A stretch of DNA of 44,608 nucleotides from Fimbriimonadales bacterium (GCA_045862955.1 BTVI01000026.1:1-44608), one strand, 5' to 3'. Positions 9,945 through 20,089 are shown, counted from the first letter of the stretch. Program-made: numbers and translations. The notes: generated from the letters alone by a model not told the origin.

Positions 9945-11300
9945 ATGAGCGAACCCATCGCCAGACTTCCCACTGTAGTGATCGCCGGGCGGCCCAACGT
10001 CGGCAAATCCACGCTCTTCAACCGCATCGTGGGGCGGCGCATCGCCGTGGTCGAGGATACGCCCGGCATCACGCGCGATCGTCTCTATGCGGAGGCGGAG
10101 TGGCGGGGCAGACGGTTCACGGTCGTGGATACGGGCGGTCTCACCACCGAGCCGGACGTACTGTGGGAACAGATCCGCCTTCAGGCCACCATCGCGCTGC
10201 AGGAAGCCGACGTCGTGCTGTTCCTCGTGGACGCCTGCGACGGCCTGTGCCCGGCGGATCGCGAGCTGGCGGACGAGCTCCGGCCCCTGACGGTTCCGGT
10301 CGTCCTCGTGGTCAACAAGGCTGACAACCCGAGGCGCGCGGCGTATGCGGACGAGTTCTACGCGCTGGGCTTCGGGGAGCCTCGTCCCGTCTCGTCGCTT
10401 CACGGCCGCGGCGTGGCGGAGGTTCTGGACGACGTGGTGAACCTCTTGCCTGAGCCCGAGTCGCTGCCGGAAGATCCCGAACCGATCTCGCTGGCGATCC
10501 TAGGGCGGCCAAACGTAGGGAAGAGCTCGTTGCAGAACGCCATACTCGGACAGCCGCGCGCTATCGTCAGCGACATACCCGGAACCACGCGGGACGCCGT
10601 GGACACTCCCTTCACCTGGAAGGGAGAGCCGCTGAAGTTGGTGGACACCGCCGGCCTGCGCAGACCCGGAAAGGTTCAGGGCTCGGTGGAGTACTACATG
10701 GCTCTGCGCGCTACTCGGGCAGCCGAACGCGCGGACGTCTGCTTGGCGGTCATAGATGCCTCAGAGGGCTTCACCGACGGGGACAAACGTGTCGGCTCGA
10801 TTGCCTATGAAGCGAAGAAGGCCCTCGTGTGGGTTGCGAACAAATGGGATATCGTGGAGCCACCCGATGGAAGACCGACGACGAGGTCTCAGCCCAAGCG
10901 CGACTTTGCTCGCACGGTCCAGCGTGATGCCCCGGAGCAGGCTTTCGCGCCCATCTGTTTCACCAGCGCGACGCAGGGCACGGGCATCGAAGCGTTGATG
11001 GATACCTGCATCGAGGCCTACGAGAACTACAGCTTCCGCATCACGACGGGTGTGCTAAACCGCATCATCCACGACGCCACTTTCGAGAAGCCCCTCACGG
11101 TCAAAGGCCGCGCGCTCAAAGCTTACTACGCCACGATGACGCGCACTCGTCCCCCGACGATTGCGGTGTTTGTGAACGACCCGAAGCTCGTGCACTTCTC
11201 GTATCGCCGCTACTTGCAAAACCGGCTTCGCAAGGAGTATCCGCTCGAAGGTGCGCCCCTGGTGCTCGATTTCCGCGCCTCGCACCAGCGCAAACCCTGA
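9945..11300 (+). CDS. der: Ribosome biogenesis GTPase Der (EngA)
   Basis: Two GTPase domains (GRPNVGKS twice, PGxTRD, DTxG, NKxD) and a KH-like C-terminus (SYRRYLQNRLR). Start 9927 or 9945. Confidence 0.97.
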   Translation: MSEPIARLPTVVIAGRPNVGKSTLFNRIVGRRIAVVEDTPGITRDRLYAEAEWRGRRFTVVDTGGLTTEPDVLWEQIRLQATIALQEADVVLFLVDACDGLCPADRELADELRPLTVPVVLVVNKADNPRRAAYADEFYALGFGEPRPVSSLHGRGVAEVLDDVVNLLPEPESLPEDPEPISLAILGRPNVGKSSLQNAILGQPRAIVSDIPGTTRDAVDTPFTWKGEPLKLVDTAGLRRPGKVQGSVEYYMALRATRAAERADVCLAVIDASEGFTDGDKRVGSIAYEAKKALVWVANKWDIVEPPDGRPTTRSQPKRDFARTVQRDAPEQAFAPICFTSATQGTGIEALMDTCIEAYENYSFRITTGVLNRIIHDATFEKPLTVKGRALKAYYATMTRTRPPTIAVFVNDPKLVHFSYRRYLQNRLRKEYPLEGAPLVLDFRASHQRKP

Positions 11301-11350
11301 GGAGGCCAGGGCGCTTGCTTTGCGGGCACGGAACCTCGCACGGTGCAGCA

Positions 11351-11379
11351 GTGTCAAAGCAAGGGAAGCGCAGTATACT
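11351..11379 (+). promoter_or_regulatory. Putative sigma70 promoter
   Basis: GTGTCA-N17-TATACT, 57 bp upstream of the ATG at 11437. Confidence 0.45.
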
Positions 11380-11436
11380 CATCAGTGTACTTGCGGTATC
11401 CCGCAGCATGTTGCAGCCAATTCGGGGGCTTACACG

Positions 11437-12450
11437 ATGAAGACAGCACGTTTGCTCGGTCTCTCGCTACTGACGGTGTTTGCAGGCACCGTCGTCGCGC
11501 AGGAGTTCGAGCTTAGGAATGACAGCCTAGTGGACGGTGGGACCGGCGCCATACAAGCCGGCTTCGCCCCGGGGGACATTGGTGCCGCCGTCTTCAACAC
11601 CTCACCTTCGAACTTCCCGCTCAAAATCAAGCGGGTTCAGATCATGTGGTACTCGCTGAACCCGCCGCAGCCGGACCAAGAACAGGGTGCCATTAACTTC
11701 TACCAGGGTGGGGCCGAAAACCCACCGAGGCCCGTCCTCGTGCGATCCCTCGGGGGGCCGATCATGCGTGACGGCGGCCTCAACGAGTTCGACGTGAGCG
11801 GAGAGAACATCGTGTTCAACAGCGGGCCGTTCGCGGTCGGCCTGCTATTCGAGAATCCCGTGAACCCCTTCTTGGGCCCGAGCCTGGTGACGGACACGAA
11901 CGGCTGCCAGTTGGGCAAGAACCTCATCTATGACCCTAGCATCGGCTGGACCAACGGTTGCAGCTTGGGTATCAGCGGCGACCTCGTGATTCGGGTCATC
12001 TGCGAATACGTCGGGCAGTCCGCAGACATTACGGGCCAAGTGCAGCTCGGCTCATGGGTAGGAGACACCAGCAGTCTCACGCTCGAGCTAACGCTAAAGA
12101 ATGGTGGCCAGGTGGTCGAGACCGTTACGGCTCCGCTCGATGCTTTCGGGGCGTACAGTGTCACCGTGCATAACGTTGGCACCTTCGACGTGGTGGCCCG
12201 CGTCAGTCGCTGGCTGTCCGAAAAGAAGACCGGGGTCACGATTGGCGGTGCCACACAGATCAACTGGAGCCTTCCGAGAAACGGGGACGTCAGCCTCGAC
12301 AATGCGATCGGTCTGGACGACCTGAACATCGTCCTCATCAACTTCGCAAAGACCAACGCCACGCATGCCGACGTGGACGGGTCGGGGCAGGTGAACCTGG
12401 TGGACCTGAACACCGTTCTCACCTTTTTCGGGCAGTTCGGCGCGCAGTAG
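11437..12450 (+). CDS. Secreted protein with C-terminal beta-sandwich plus dockerin-like module
   Basis: MKTARLLGLSLLTVFAGTVVA signal peptide. NGDVSLDNAIGLDDL..ADVDGSGQVNLVDL repeat. C-terminus visibly homologous to that of the 1269-4769 protein. Confidence 0.8.
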   Translation: MKTARLLGLSLLTVFAGTVVAQEFELRNDSLVDGGTGAIQAGFAPGDIGAAVFNTSPSNFPLKIKRVQIMWYSLNPPQPDQEQGAINFYQGGAENPPRPVLVRSLGGPIMRDGGLNEFDVSGENIVFNSGPFAVGLLFENPVNPFLGPSLVTDTNGCQLGKNLIYDPSIGWTNGCSLGISGDLVIRVICEYVGQSADITGQVQLGSWVGDTSSLTLELTLKNGGQVVETVTAPLDAFGAYSVTVHNVGTFDVVARVSRWLSEKKTGVTIGGATQINWSLPRNGDVSLDNAIGLDDLNIVLINFAKTNATHADVDGSGQVNLVDLNTVLTFFGQFGAQ

Positions 12451-12492
12451 CACCATCATCGCAGTGGGGAAGCCTGGGTAACGCTGTGCGAA

Positions 12493-12524
12493 GCCCCGGC
12501 GCGCACTGAAGTGCGCGCCGGGGC
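12493..12524. terminator. GC hairpin between convergent genes (probable bidirectional terminator)
   Basis: GCCCCGGCGCGCAC-TGAA-GTGCGCGCCGGGGC, a perfect 14-bp stem; no U-tract. Confidence 0.6.
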
Positions 12525-12534
12525 CTGAATGAGG

Positions 12535-14079
12535 TCAGAACCGCTCGCTTATGGACTTCGCCTGAGTGAACAGTAGCAGGTAGTCCGATCCTCCCGCTTT
12601 CGAGTCGGTGCCCGACATGTTGAAACCACCGAACGGCTGCACGCCGACAAGCGCGCCGGTGCACTTCCGATTCAGGTACAGGTTTCCGCAATGCAGCTCG
12701 TGTCGTCCTCGTTCCAGGTGCTCGCGATTCTTCGAGAATAGCGCGCCCGTCAGGCCGTACTTGGTACCGTTGGCAATCTCGATCATGTGATCGAAGTCCC
12801 GCGCTTTGATAATGCTGAGCACGGGGCCGAAGATCTCCTCCTGTGCGATCCGCGCATGCTCTGGTACATCAGCAAAGATCGTCGGCGGAATGTAGTAGCC
12901 GGGGAGGTCGAGCTTCTCGCCTCCCAACAGCAACTTGCCCTCGGACTTCCCGACCTCGATGTACTCCCAGATGCGGTTGTAGGCGTTCTTGTCTATCACC
13001 GCACCGATAATGTTCCCCTCGGCCGGGTTGCCGACGGATAGTCTGCGTGCCTTCTCCACCACCATCGGCACCAGGGCGTCGTACACCGCCTGATGGATGA
13101 TGAGGCGCGAGCCTGCCGAGCACTTCTGACCCTGGAAGCCGAATGCCGAAGTGACCGCTTCGGTAGAGGCGAGTTCGAGATCCGCACTGTCGTCCACCGC
13201 CACGAAGTCCTTGCCACCCATCTCCAAGATGGTGCGCTTGATCCATTTGCACTCTGGGTTGGGTGTTGCAGCGAGCTGGTGGATGTGCAGGCCCACCTCG
13301 GCCGACCCGGTAAAAGCGATGAATCGCGTCAACGGATGCGAGGTCAGCGTGTCACCCATCAGCCCGCCGGGTCCAGTCACGAAGTTAACGACGTCCTTCG
13401 GCAGGCCGGCCTCGTGCAGGATCTCGAGGTACTTGTACGCGATGACGGGCGAGGTGCTGGCTGGTTTCAGAACGACGGTGTTCCCGGTAACGATGGCCGC
13501 GTCGGTCATGCCAGAGCAGATTGCCAGCGGGAAGTTCCAAGGCGGGATGACCACACCGACCCCGAGCGGGATGTAGCGTAGCTCGTTATCCTCTCCCGGA
13601 AACGGCACTGTGGGCTGCGAGCCGCCGATTCGCAGCATCTCCCTTCCGTACCATTCGGCAACGTCGATCGCCTCGGCAACCTCGCCGTACGCCTCGGCGA
13701 ACGACTTGTTGACTTCGTAGACCATCCACGCGCACAACTCGTAGATGCGTCGGCGCATGATGGCAGCTGCCTTGAACAAGATCTTCGCCCTCGCGTCGTA
13801 CGGGAAGCGGCTCCAGTGCTCGAAGCTGTTCGCAGCGGCACGCACTGCTTCGTCCGCGAGCTTGGCGTCGACCTTCGGAAATCGGCCGATCAGTTGATCG
13901 GTGTGACCCGGATTGATGGACACCATCTGGTCGTCGGTGCGAACCTCGCGCCCGCCAATCCAGTTGGGATAGTCCCTGCCGAGTTGCTCCGCGACTTGGG
14001 CCAGGGCTTCGCGCATCTTTGCCGCAGGCTCGGGTTGCGAGAAGTCTACATACGGCTCAGGCCGATAGGGAACCACCAT
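12535..14079 (-). CDS. pruA: 1-pyrroline-5-carboxylate (L-glutamate gamma-semialdehyde) dehydrogenase, RocA/PruA type
   Basis: ALDH motifs PWNFP, KPAS, FTGS, EMGGKD, GQKCSA, EEIFGP. Family signature GNLYLNRKCTGALVGVQPFGGFNMSGTDSKAGG. GGAGGAG RBS. Confidence 0.93.
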   Translation of the reverse strand: MVVPYRPEPYVDFSQPEPAAKMREALAQVAEQLGRDYPNWIGGREVRTDDQMVSINPGHTDQLIGRFPKVDAKLADEAVRAAANSFEHWSRFPYDARAKILFKAAAIMRRRIYELCAWMVYEVNKSFAEAYGEVAEAIDVAEWYGREMLRIGGSQPTVPFPGEDNELRYIPLGVGVVIPPWNFPLAICSGMTDAAIVTGNTVVLKPASTSPVIAYKYLEILHEAGLPKDVVNFVTGPGGLMGDTLTSHPLTRFIAFTGSAEVGLHIHQLAATPNPECKWIKRTILEMGGKDFVAVDDSADLELASTEAVTSAFGFQGQKCSAGSRLIIHQAVYDALVPMVVEKARRLSVGNPAEGNIIGAVIDKNAYNRIWEYIEVGKSEGKLLLGGEKLDLPGYYIPPTIFADVPEHARIAQEEIFGPVLSIIKARDFDHMIEIANGTKYGLTGALFSKNREHLERGRHELHCGNLYLNRKCTGALVGVQPFGGFNMSGTDSKAGGSDYLLLFTQAKSISERF

Positions 14080-14276
14080 CGAACTCCTCCCATTCGCTCG
14101 GTTTCTGATCCGAGTGTAGCACCGGGAGGGACTGGCCGTGAATATGGATGGGCCAAGGCCCTGTCGCTACATTCCGAATCGCAACAATTCGCAATAGGGA
14201 AGGGGCTGTTCACACAGAACGAGTGATACAATATTGCAGGTGCCCGGCAGTATCGCCGAGCGAGGGGATGTGCCGA

Positions 14277-15089
14277 ATGACATCACGTCGTGGGTTCACT
14301 CTCATCGAGCTGCTGGTGGTAATTGCCATCATCGCAATCCTTGCCGCCATCCTTTTCCCCGTCTTCGCCTCCGCGCGAAAGGCCGTCAAGACCACCAAGA
14401 CCCTCTCGAACCTGAAGCAGGTGGCCACCTCTGTGCTAATGTATGCGGACGACGTGGACCAGCGCACACCTCAGCCCTGGTACGGCGATTGGTTCGCAGG
14501 CTGGCCGGATGTGAACTGGACCTTCGTCACCTGGAGCGTCGCGGTGTACCGCTACGTGAAGAGCGGTGAGGTGATGAACGACGCCATGCAGCTTCCACCC
14601 GCCTACTTCCATCCCCCGGGCTCGAAAGACGCCTCCGGTAGGGACCGGTTCAACTGGTTCGGGTGGGCCACCATGGCCGCCAACGAGCGGGGGCTCTTCG
14701 GTTGGTGGGAGTGGAACGGTGGCTGGATTTTCCACCCGAGCAGGAAGCTCGCCGCACAAGAGCGGTTGGTAGAGAGGTCCATGCTGCTCACCACGCGCGA
14801 TCCACGGGACCACATGTGGGGCAGCTTCATCTACGTTAACTTCGAAGCCGCACGACCGATGACCGACCCCAACGCCGACCAAAACACCTTCTACTGGCGC
14901 AACAACGTGTGGGCTGCGCAGCGCTACCATCGAGAGCGGCTCTGCGTCGCGTACGCAGATAGTCACTCCAAGACCGTATCCGGCGGCTCGAACGTGTATC
15001 TCGGGCCGAATACGACCTACAACGACTGGACCAACTGGGACCCGGACAAGAAGGCATTCTGGGGCGACGACGTTAGCAAGAGCCGCTAG
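14277..15089 (+). CDS. Prepilin-type N-terminal cleavage/methylation domain protein (DUF1559-like)
   Basis: [41 protein letters not shown] and C-terminal H..AYADSH motifs. Confidence 0.9.
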   Translation: MTSRRGFTLIELLVVIAIIAILAAILFPVFASARKAVKTTKTLSNLKQVATSVLMYADDVDQRTPQPWYGDWFAGWPDVNWTFVTWSVAVYRYVKSGEVMNDAMQLPPAYFHPPGSKDASGRDRFNWFGWATMAANERGLFGWWEWNGGWIFHPSRKLAAQERLVERSMLLTTRDPRDHMWGSFIYVNFEAARPMTDPNADQNTFYWRNNVWAAQRYHRERLCVAYADSHSKTVSGGSNVYLGPNTTYNDWTNWDPDKKAFWGDDVSKSR

Positions 15090-15128
15090 GACCGACCCAC
15101 CTCTGAGCGCCAACACAAGGAGGAGCAA

Positions 15129-15302
15129 GTGAAGAAGCAAGTCCCCGCAGCACTCTCCTGGATCGTGATCGCCATCGCGATCATCGTGATCGCCGTCGTC
15201 GGGTACTTCGTCTTGCGTGAGCCCCCGCGGCCCGGCCCGGACGACAGACCCAACCCACCCCCTCCACCCGGCGCTCCAATCCCAGCGCCGCCTTCCGGTT
15301 AG
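15129..15302 (+). CDS. 57-aa single-pass membrane protein with proline-rich tail (not in ORF track)
   Basis: AAGGAGGAG RBS, then GTG. Reads MKKQVPAALSWIVIAIAIIVIAVVGYFVLREPPRPGPDDRPNPPPPPGAPIPAPPSG*. Confidence 0.8.
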   Translation: MKKQVPAALSWIVIAIAIIVIAVVGYFVLREPPRPGPDDRPNPPPPPGAPIPAPPSG

Positions 15303-15380
15303 TGGCTCGAGCAACCCGCGCATCTGAGGTCGGATCCGCAGGAGAGGTCCTGTCGCCTGCAACGCCGCGTGTCGCGGGAT

Positions 15381-15400
15381 TGTATTAGTGTTGTAGAACA
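15381..15400 (+). promoter_or_regulatory. Putative YtrA-type GntR operator (autoregulation)
   Basis: AT-rich imperfect palindrome TGTATTA-N6-TAGAACA, 18 bp upstream of the GntR start. Confidence 0.55.
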
Positions 15401-15418
15401 GCGGAACGCGGCGGAAGG

Positions 15419-15799
15419 ATGAGAATCACGGTCAGACCGGACGACATGATGCCCATGTATGCGCAGATCGTCCATCAGATCCGCCTCGCCATTCTGTCGG
15501 GCGAGCTGCGCGTCGGCGATCAGCTACCGACCGTGCGTGAACTCGCCGTGGAGCTCTCGGTCAACACCAACACCGTCGGGCGCGCTTACATGGAGCTGCA
15601 CCGCGCAGGCTTGATCGACACCAAACAAGGAGTCGGCACCTTCGTCAAGGACATCTCTTCGTCCGTGTCCGACCGTGCGCGCCAGGAACGGCTACGCGGG
15701 CTCGCCCGCACCGCCTTGCACGAGGCCGCCGCCATCGGATTCCGGTCGGATCAGCTGATCGAAGCTATCGCGCAAGAAGCCTCGGAGGAGGGAAGATGA
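15419..15799 (+). CDS. GntR family regulator, YtrA subfamily
   Basis: PMYAQIV..LPTVRELA..VNTNTVGRAY..GVGTFV HTH and a short C-terminus (126 aa). Confidence 0.92.
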   Translation: MRITVRPDDMMPMYAQIVHQIRLAILSGELRVGDQLPTVRELAVELSVNTNTVGRAYMELHRAGLIDTKQGVGTFVKDISSSVSDRARQERLRGLARTALHEAAAIGFRSDQLIEAIAQEASEEGR

Positions 15800-16713
15800 T
15801 CACACGTTCGGATATGGGCGTACACAGAATGGCATCGCAGCATTCGCCCCACCCGCTTCAGTTCATCGCACAGCTGGCAGCCGCGGGAGTGACGGCCGCC
15901 ACCTTCTTCATATCAGGGCAAGCCGTAGTGCCCACCGTTATTGCCGGCGCCGTGGCTTTCTACCTCGCCTCGGGACTCCGAGTCGCCGAGCAGTGGGAAA
16001 AAGCGGTCGTACTGCGGGCGGGCCACTTTCACAAGGCCTACCAGCGCGGGCCTTTCTGGATACTGCCTTTCGTGGATCAGGTGGTTCAGTGGGTTGACCA
16101 CCGTGTGCAGACCACTTCGTTCAGCGCACAGCAGACGCTAACCAAGGACACCGTGCCCGTCGACGTAGATGCCGTGCTGTTTTGGCACGTGTGGGATGCA
16201 CAGAAGGCTACGCTCGAGGTTAACGAATACCAGCGCGCCATCTTCTACAAAGCGCAGACCAACCTGCGCGACATTATCGGCGAGTCCATGTTGGCGGAGC
16301 TTCTGATCGGACGCAAGCAGCTGGGCGAGAAGCTGCAGGCCATGATCGACCGTGAGACCACGCCGTGGGGCATTACCGTGGAGTCGGTCGAAATCCGGGA
16401 CATCGTGATTCCGGCGGAGCTTCAGGATGCGATGTCTAGGCAGGCACAGGCCGAGCGCGAGCGCCAGGCCCGCGTCATCCTGGGCGACGCGGAGAGGCAG
16501 ATTGCCGAAAGCTTCGTGAAGGCGGGAGAGCAGTACGAAAGCAACCCGATCGCGCTGCACCTTCGGGCTATGAACATGCTCTATGAGGGCTTGAAGGAAA
16601 AGGGAGCGCTGATCGTGGTGCCGAGCACAGCCGTGGAGTCGATGGGCTTGGGCGGTGCGATGGGAATGACTGCCCTCGCCAACACCGTTGGCGAGCAGAA
16701 GGCAGGAGCGTAG
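15796..16713 (+). CDS. SPFH/stomatin-like (slipin) membrane protein
   Basis: LTKDTVPVDVDAV, AQTNLRDIIG, WGITVESVEIRD, AMSRQAQAERERQA. ATGA-coupled to gntR. Confidence 0.92.
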   Translation: MITRSDMGVHRMASQHSPHPLQFIAQLAAAGVTAATFFISGQAVVPTVIAGAVAFYLASGLRVAEQWEKAVVLRAGHFHKAYQRGPFWILPFVDQVVQWVDHRVQTTSFSAQQTLTKDTVPVDVDAVLFWHVWDAQKATLEVNEYQRAIFYKAQTNLRDIIGESMLAELLIGRKQLGEKLQAMIDRETTPWGITVESVEIRDIVIPAELQDAMSRQAQAERERQARVILGDAERQIAESFVKAGEQYESNPIALHLRAMNMLYEGLKEKGALIVVPSTAVESMGLGGAMGMTALANTVGEQKAGA

Positions 16714-16779
16714 GACGCTGAAACCTGTTTCCCTCTCCCCACGTTAGGGACGGGTCATTGACGCGGGAGACCGCTCTTG

Positions 16780-17125
16780 CCCGTCATGCTGAGCCTGTCG
16801 AAGCATGACGGGCGGGTGCATGCTGTCGGCTTCCTCTACCACGCTCGCGACTACCGAGTTCATGCTTCGACAGGCTCAGCATGACGGGCGGGCGCATGCT
16901 GTCGGCTTCCTCTACCACGCTCGCGATTACCGAGTTCATGCTTCGGCAAGCTCAGCATGACGGGCAGGCACATGCTGTCGGCTTCCTCTACCACGCTCGC
17001 GATTACCGAGTGCATGCTTCGACGGGCTCAGCATGACAGCAGGGCGGAGCCCTCCGCATCTTGGCAGCATGGGGTACTACCTCTGCTACCTCCGGTCGCA
17101 TGCTTCGACAGGCTCAGCATGACGG
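16780..17125. repeat. Mosaic REP-like array: 5 palindromes separated by 76-bp (A) and 86-bp (B) units
   Basis: CATGCTTCG..CTCAGCATGAC at 16861, 16937, 17013 and 17099. An oppositely oriented copy at 16783. Near-identical linkers. Confidence 0.92.
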
Positions 17126-17504
17126 ATAACACTGGTTCACCCGCCGCCTCAGGGACGGGGTTGGTTTAGGGGACGTGGAACTTCCGTCAGGCTCCCATCT
17201 GCGATCTCGGCGATCGCTGCGCGAACTCCGAACGACAGCCTGGGCCGTAACATGGCGATGCCTTACCGCTCGTGGGCAGCAACAACGCTCCGGGTTCGGA
17301 TATCGCGTCGAGGCAAGGAGATACCTGTAAAGAACACCATGAGTTCAGCCGAGTGCGAACCCGAATAGAGGGCGTCCGCGATGTCTCCGAACACACCATA
17401 GCCGATGCGCCCGCGACCCATCCCCCGGGCGAGAAAGGGCCTGCCAGCGCAATCCCGGCGTCCCGCCGACGGTCAAGCGGCCGCGGCGCAGACGCGCCAC
17501 AGGA

Positions 17505-17732
17505 CTAGGCGGTCTGGAGCGCTGTGGCCTCTTCCGGCTCGTCGCTGAGAACGCATTCCATCGCGGCGCCCTCTAACTTCGACAGGATGCCAAGGATTGC
17601 GATCTCCAGTTCCTCTTGGCTGATCCCCCTGTCGCCCGCCACTTCCTCGTGCGTTGCGCCGCCCGCTAGTTCTTTGAGAATGGCATTCTCCCTGGCCGTT
17701 AGCCCGTCTGCCAGGGTTTTCGTGTCGCCCAT
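17505..17732 (-). CDS. Small stand-alone LuxR/GerE-like HTH protein, acidic
   Basis: GGAGG RBS. LTARENAILKELAGGATHEEVA..GIS..ILSKL resembles a LuxR HTH. Confidence 0.6.
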   Translation of the reverse strand: MGDTKTLADGLTARENAILKELAGGATHEEVAGDRGISQEELEIAILGILSKLEGAAMECVLSDEPEEATALQTA

Positions 17733-17908
17733 CTGTCCCTCCAGAGAAGCTTCGTTGCTACTTCTCTACATCATTACACACTTGGCAAGGATTCTGGCGA
17801 AACATCCGGGGAAAATACGGGGAAGAGGGCTCGGAAAATCACCACAACGGCCCAGAGGGCCGGCCCGCCGGGCAGGAGCGGACCCCGTTTTCGGCGTATA
17901 CGCGGCTC

Positions 17909-20086
17909 ATGCTTGGCCGTGTATCGCTCACGCTCGCGTTTCTCCTGATCCCGATTTCCCTGCTCGCCCAGTACCCCGCCGGCGTCCGCGAACCTGTCCG
18001 TCCCAAGCCGAAGCCCACCTCTGAGTTTCTCGCGATGCGCGCTAGCGAGACGGTGCTCCCTGCCGCGGGCCGCACCTCGGCGTGGCTGGACGCACGCAAC
18101 GTGCCGCTCTGGGTGGACGCATCCGGCAACAGCCCCGCCTGGGAGCCTATCGGGCCCGCGCCGATCGTCGAGGGCTGGGGCGGCTCACAGAACTCGGGTC
18201 GGGTCAGCAGCATCGCGATCGACCCCACGAACACCAAGCGCATCTACATCGGGGCGTCGCACGGGGGAGTGTGGCTGACCACCGACGGGGGGGAGTCCTG
18301 GCGTCCCATGGCGGATTTCGAGGCGTCGCTGTCTTTCGGGTCCATCTGCCTCGACCCGTTCAACCCCGCGGTCATCTACGCGGGCACGGGCGAGTCGCAT
18401 GGGTCGTTCGACAGCTACTTCGGGGCAGGGCTGCTCCGGTCCACGGATTCGGGCCGGACATGGGAGCTTCTGGCAGAGGATGTCTTCGCTGGTGCGGTCT
18501 TCGCGAAGTTGGTTGCCAGCCCCAAGGTGCCGGGTCTTCTGATCGCGGCGACATCCTATGGGTTGTTCCGTTCGCTCGACGGTGGGCGGTACTGGCAGAA
18601 GCTGGAGAACGGTCACTTCTGGGACGTAGCGAACAGCCCGAAGCAGCCGGACGTGTTCTATGCCTGTGGCGGGGCGGGTGCGCGCAGCGGCGTGTTCAAG
18701 ACGACCGATGCAGGCAATACCTGGGAGCTGCTCGGTGGAGGCTTGCTCGCGCCCGGCACCTTCGGCAGGACCCAGCTCGCACAGTGCCGCGACTATCCGC
18801 TCACGCTCTACGTCTCCTATGCGGTCGGATGGGGCAACGGGATCGCTATCTACCGTACAGACGATGGCGGACGAACCTGGCGACTGCTAAAGGACGCGCC
18901 GAACTACGGGGGCGGACAGCTCTGGTATGACAATACGCTAGGTTGCGCACCGGACAACCCGAACATCGTGTACGGTGCAGGCCTGAGCATGTGGCGCTCG
19001 ATGGACGGTGGGCTCACCTGGCAGGACGTCGGGCGCTCCTACTCCGGAGGTAACACCCATCCCGATTGGCACTGCCATGCGTTCGACCCTCAGGACCCTC
19101 GCATCATCTACGGTGGCAGCGACGGCGGGATGTACGTCTCCTACGACCGCGGCGACACCTGGAAGGATGTCAACAACGACCTCGCGACGCTGCAGTTCGA
19201 GAGTGTGGCCGTGGACCCCTGGGACCCGGAGGTCGCATACGGTGGCACACAGGACAACGGCACCAGTCGCCGACGCGGCAGCGTTCACTGGAAATGGATC
19301 ATGGGCGGCGACGGCGGGCAGACGGCAGTTAACTATCTGAGTCCGAACCGCGTCTACACCTCCTACGTGAACCTCACCATCTATCGCTCCGACGACTACG
19401 GTGACAGCTGGGACTGGGCTGCCGGCGGAATCGATCGTACCGGAGCGCTCTTCTACGCACCGTACGAGATGGACCCGAACGATCCGAACATCCTCGTAGC
19501 AGGTGCGAACGCCGTATGGCGCACCACCGACGGCACGCAATCCTGGACGAAGATAAGCCGTGACTTCGGAAACGTCAGCGCTTTGGCCATTGCGCCGGGC
19601 CGCTCCGAGGTGATCTATGCGGGCACGCGGTGGGGGCGTCTATGGGTCACACCGAACGCCGGAAAGGACTGGTATGACGTAAGCGCCGGACTGCCGGGCG
19701 TGTGGGTGACTTCGATCGCGGTGGATCCCCGCTCACCTAGACGTGCCTTCGTGACCATCGGGGGGTTCGGCCACCCACACGTGTATCGCACGGAAAACGC
19801 AGGTGGTACTTGGACCCCAGTCAGTCAGGGGCTACCCGATGCGCCTGCCAACCACATCGTGATCAACCCCGCGCGGCCGGACGACGTGTATTTGGCAATG
19901 GATTGCGGCGTGTTCGTGTCCAACAACGGTGGCACGGAATGGAAGCGATATGGAGTGGGTCTTCCTAACACGACCTGGATACGCCTCGCGCTCAATGCCA
20001 GGACGGGCTTCCTAACAGCGGCGAGTCATGGTCGAAGCATGTGGCGAGCCACTCTGCCTGGCAATAGGGCATCACCTAACAAGTAG
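17909..20086 (+). CDS. Secreted BNR/Asp-box (sortilin/sialidase-like) beta-propeller protein
   Basis: Signal peptide. Many (S/T)xD(G/A)GxxW Asp-boxes. SGRVSSIAIDP, GGTQDNGT, GGDG, ASHGRSMW motifs. Confidence 0.88.
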   Translation: MLGRVSLTLAFLLIPISLLAQYPAGVREPVRPKPKPTSEFLAMRASETVLPAAGRTSAWLDARNVPLWVDASGNSPAWEPIGPAPIVEGWGGSQNSGRVSSIAIDPTNTKRIYIGASHGGVWLTTDGGESWRPMADFEASLSFGSICLDPFNPAVIYAGTGESHGSFDSYFGAGLLRSTDSGRTWELLAEDVFAGAVFAKLVASPKVPGLLIAATSYGLFRSLDGGRYWQKLENGHFWDVANSPKQPDVFYACGGAGARSGVFKTTDAGNTWELLGGGLLAPGTFGRTQLAQCRDYPLTLYVSYAVGWGNGIAIYRTDDGGRTWRLLKDAPNYGGGQLWYDNTLGCAPDNPNIVYGAGLSMWRSMDGGLTWQDVGRSYSGGNTHPDWHCHAFDPQDPRIIYGGSDGGMYVSYDRGDTWKDVNNDLATLQFESVAVDPWDPEVAYGGTQDNGTSRRRGSVHWKWIMGGDGGQTAVNYLSPNRVYTSYVNLTIYRSDDYGDSWDWAAGGIDRTGALFYAPYEMDPNDPNILVAGANAVWRTTDGTQSWTKISRDFGNVSALAIAPGRSEVIYAGTRWGRLWVTPNAGKDWYDVSAGLPGVWVTSIAVDPRSPRRAFVTIGGFGHPHVYRTENAGGTWTPVSQGLPDAPANHIVINPARPDDVYLAMDCGVFVSNNGGTEWKRYGVGLPNTTWIRLALNARTGFLTAASHGRSMWRATLPGNRASPNK

Positions 20087-20089
20087 GCA

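Noticed and set aside
17170..17500. Small ORFs or ncRNA between the repeat array and the LuxR-like gene
   Set aside because: No convincing RBS, motif or stable structure on either strand.
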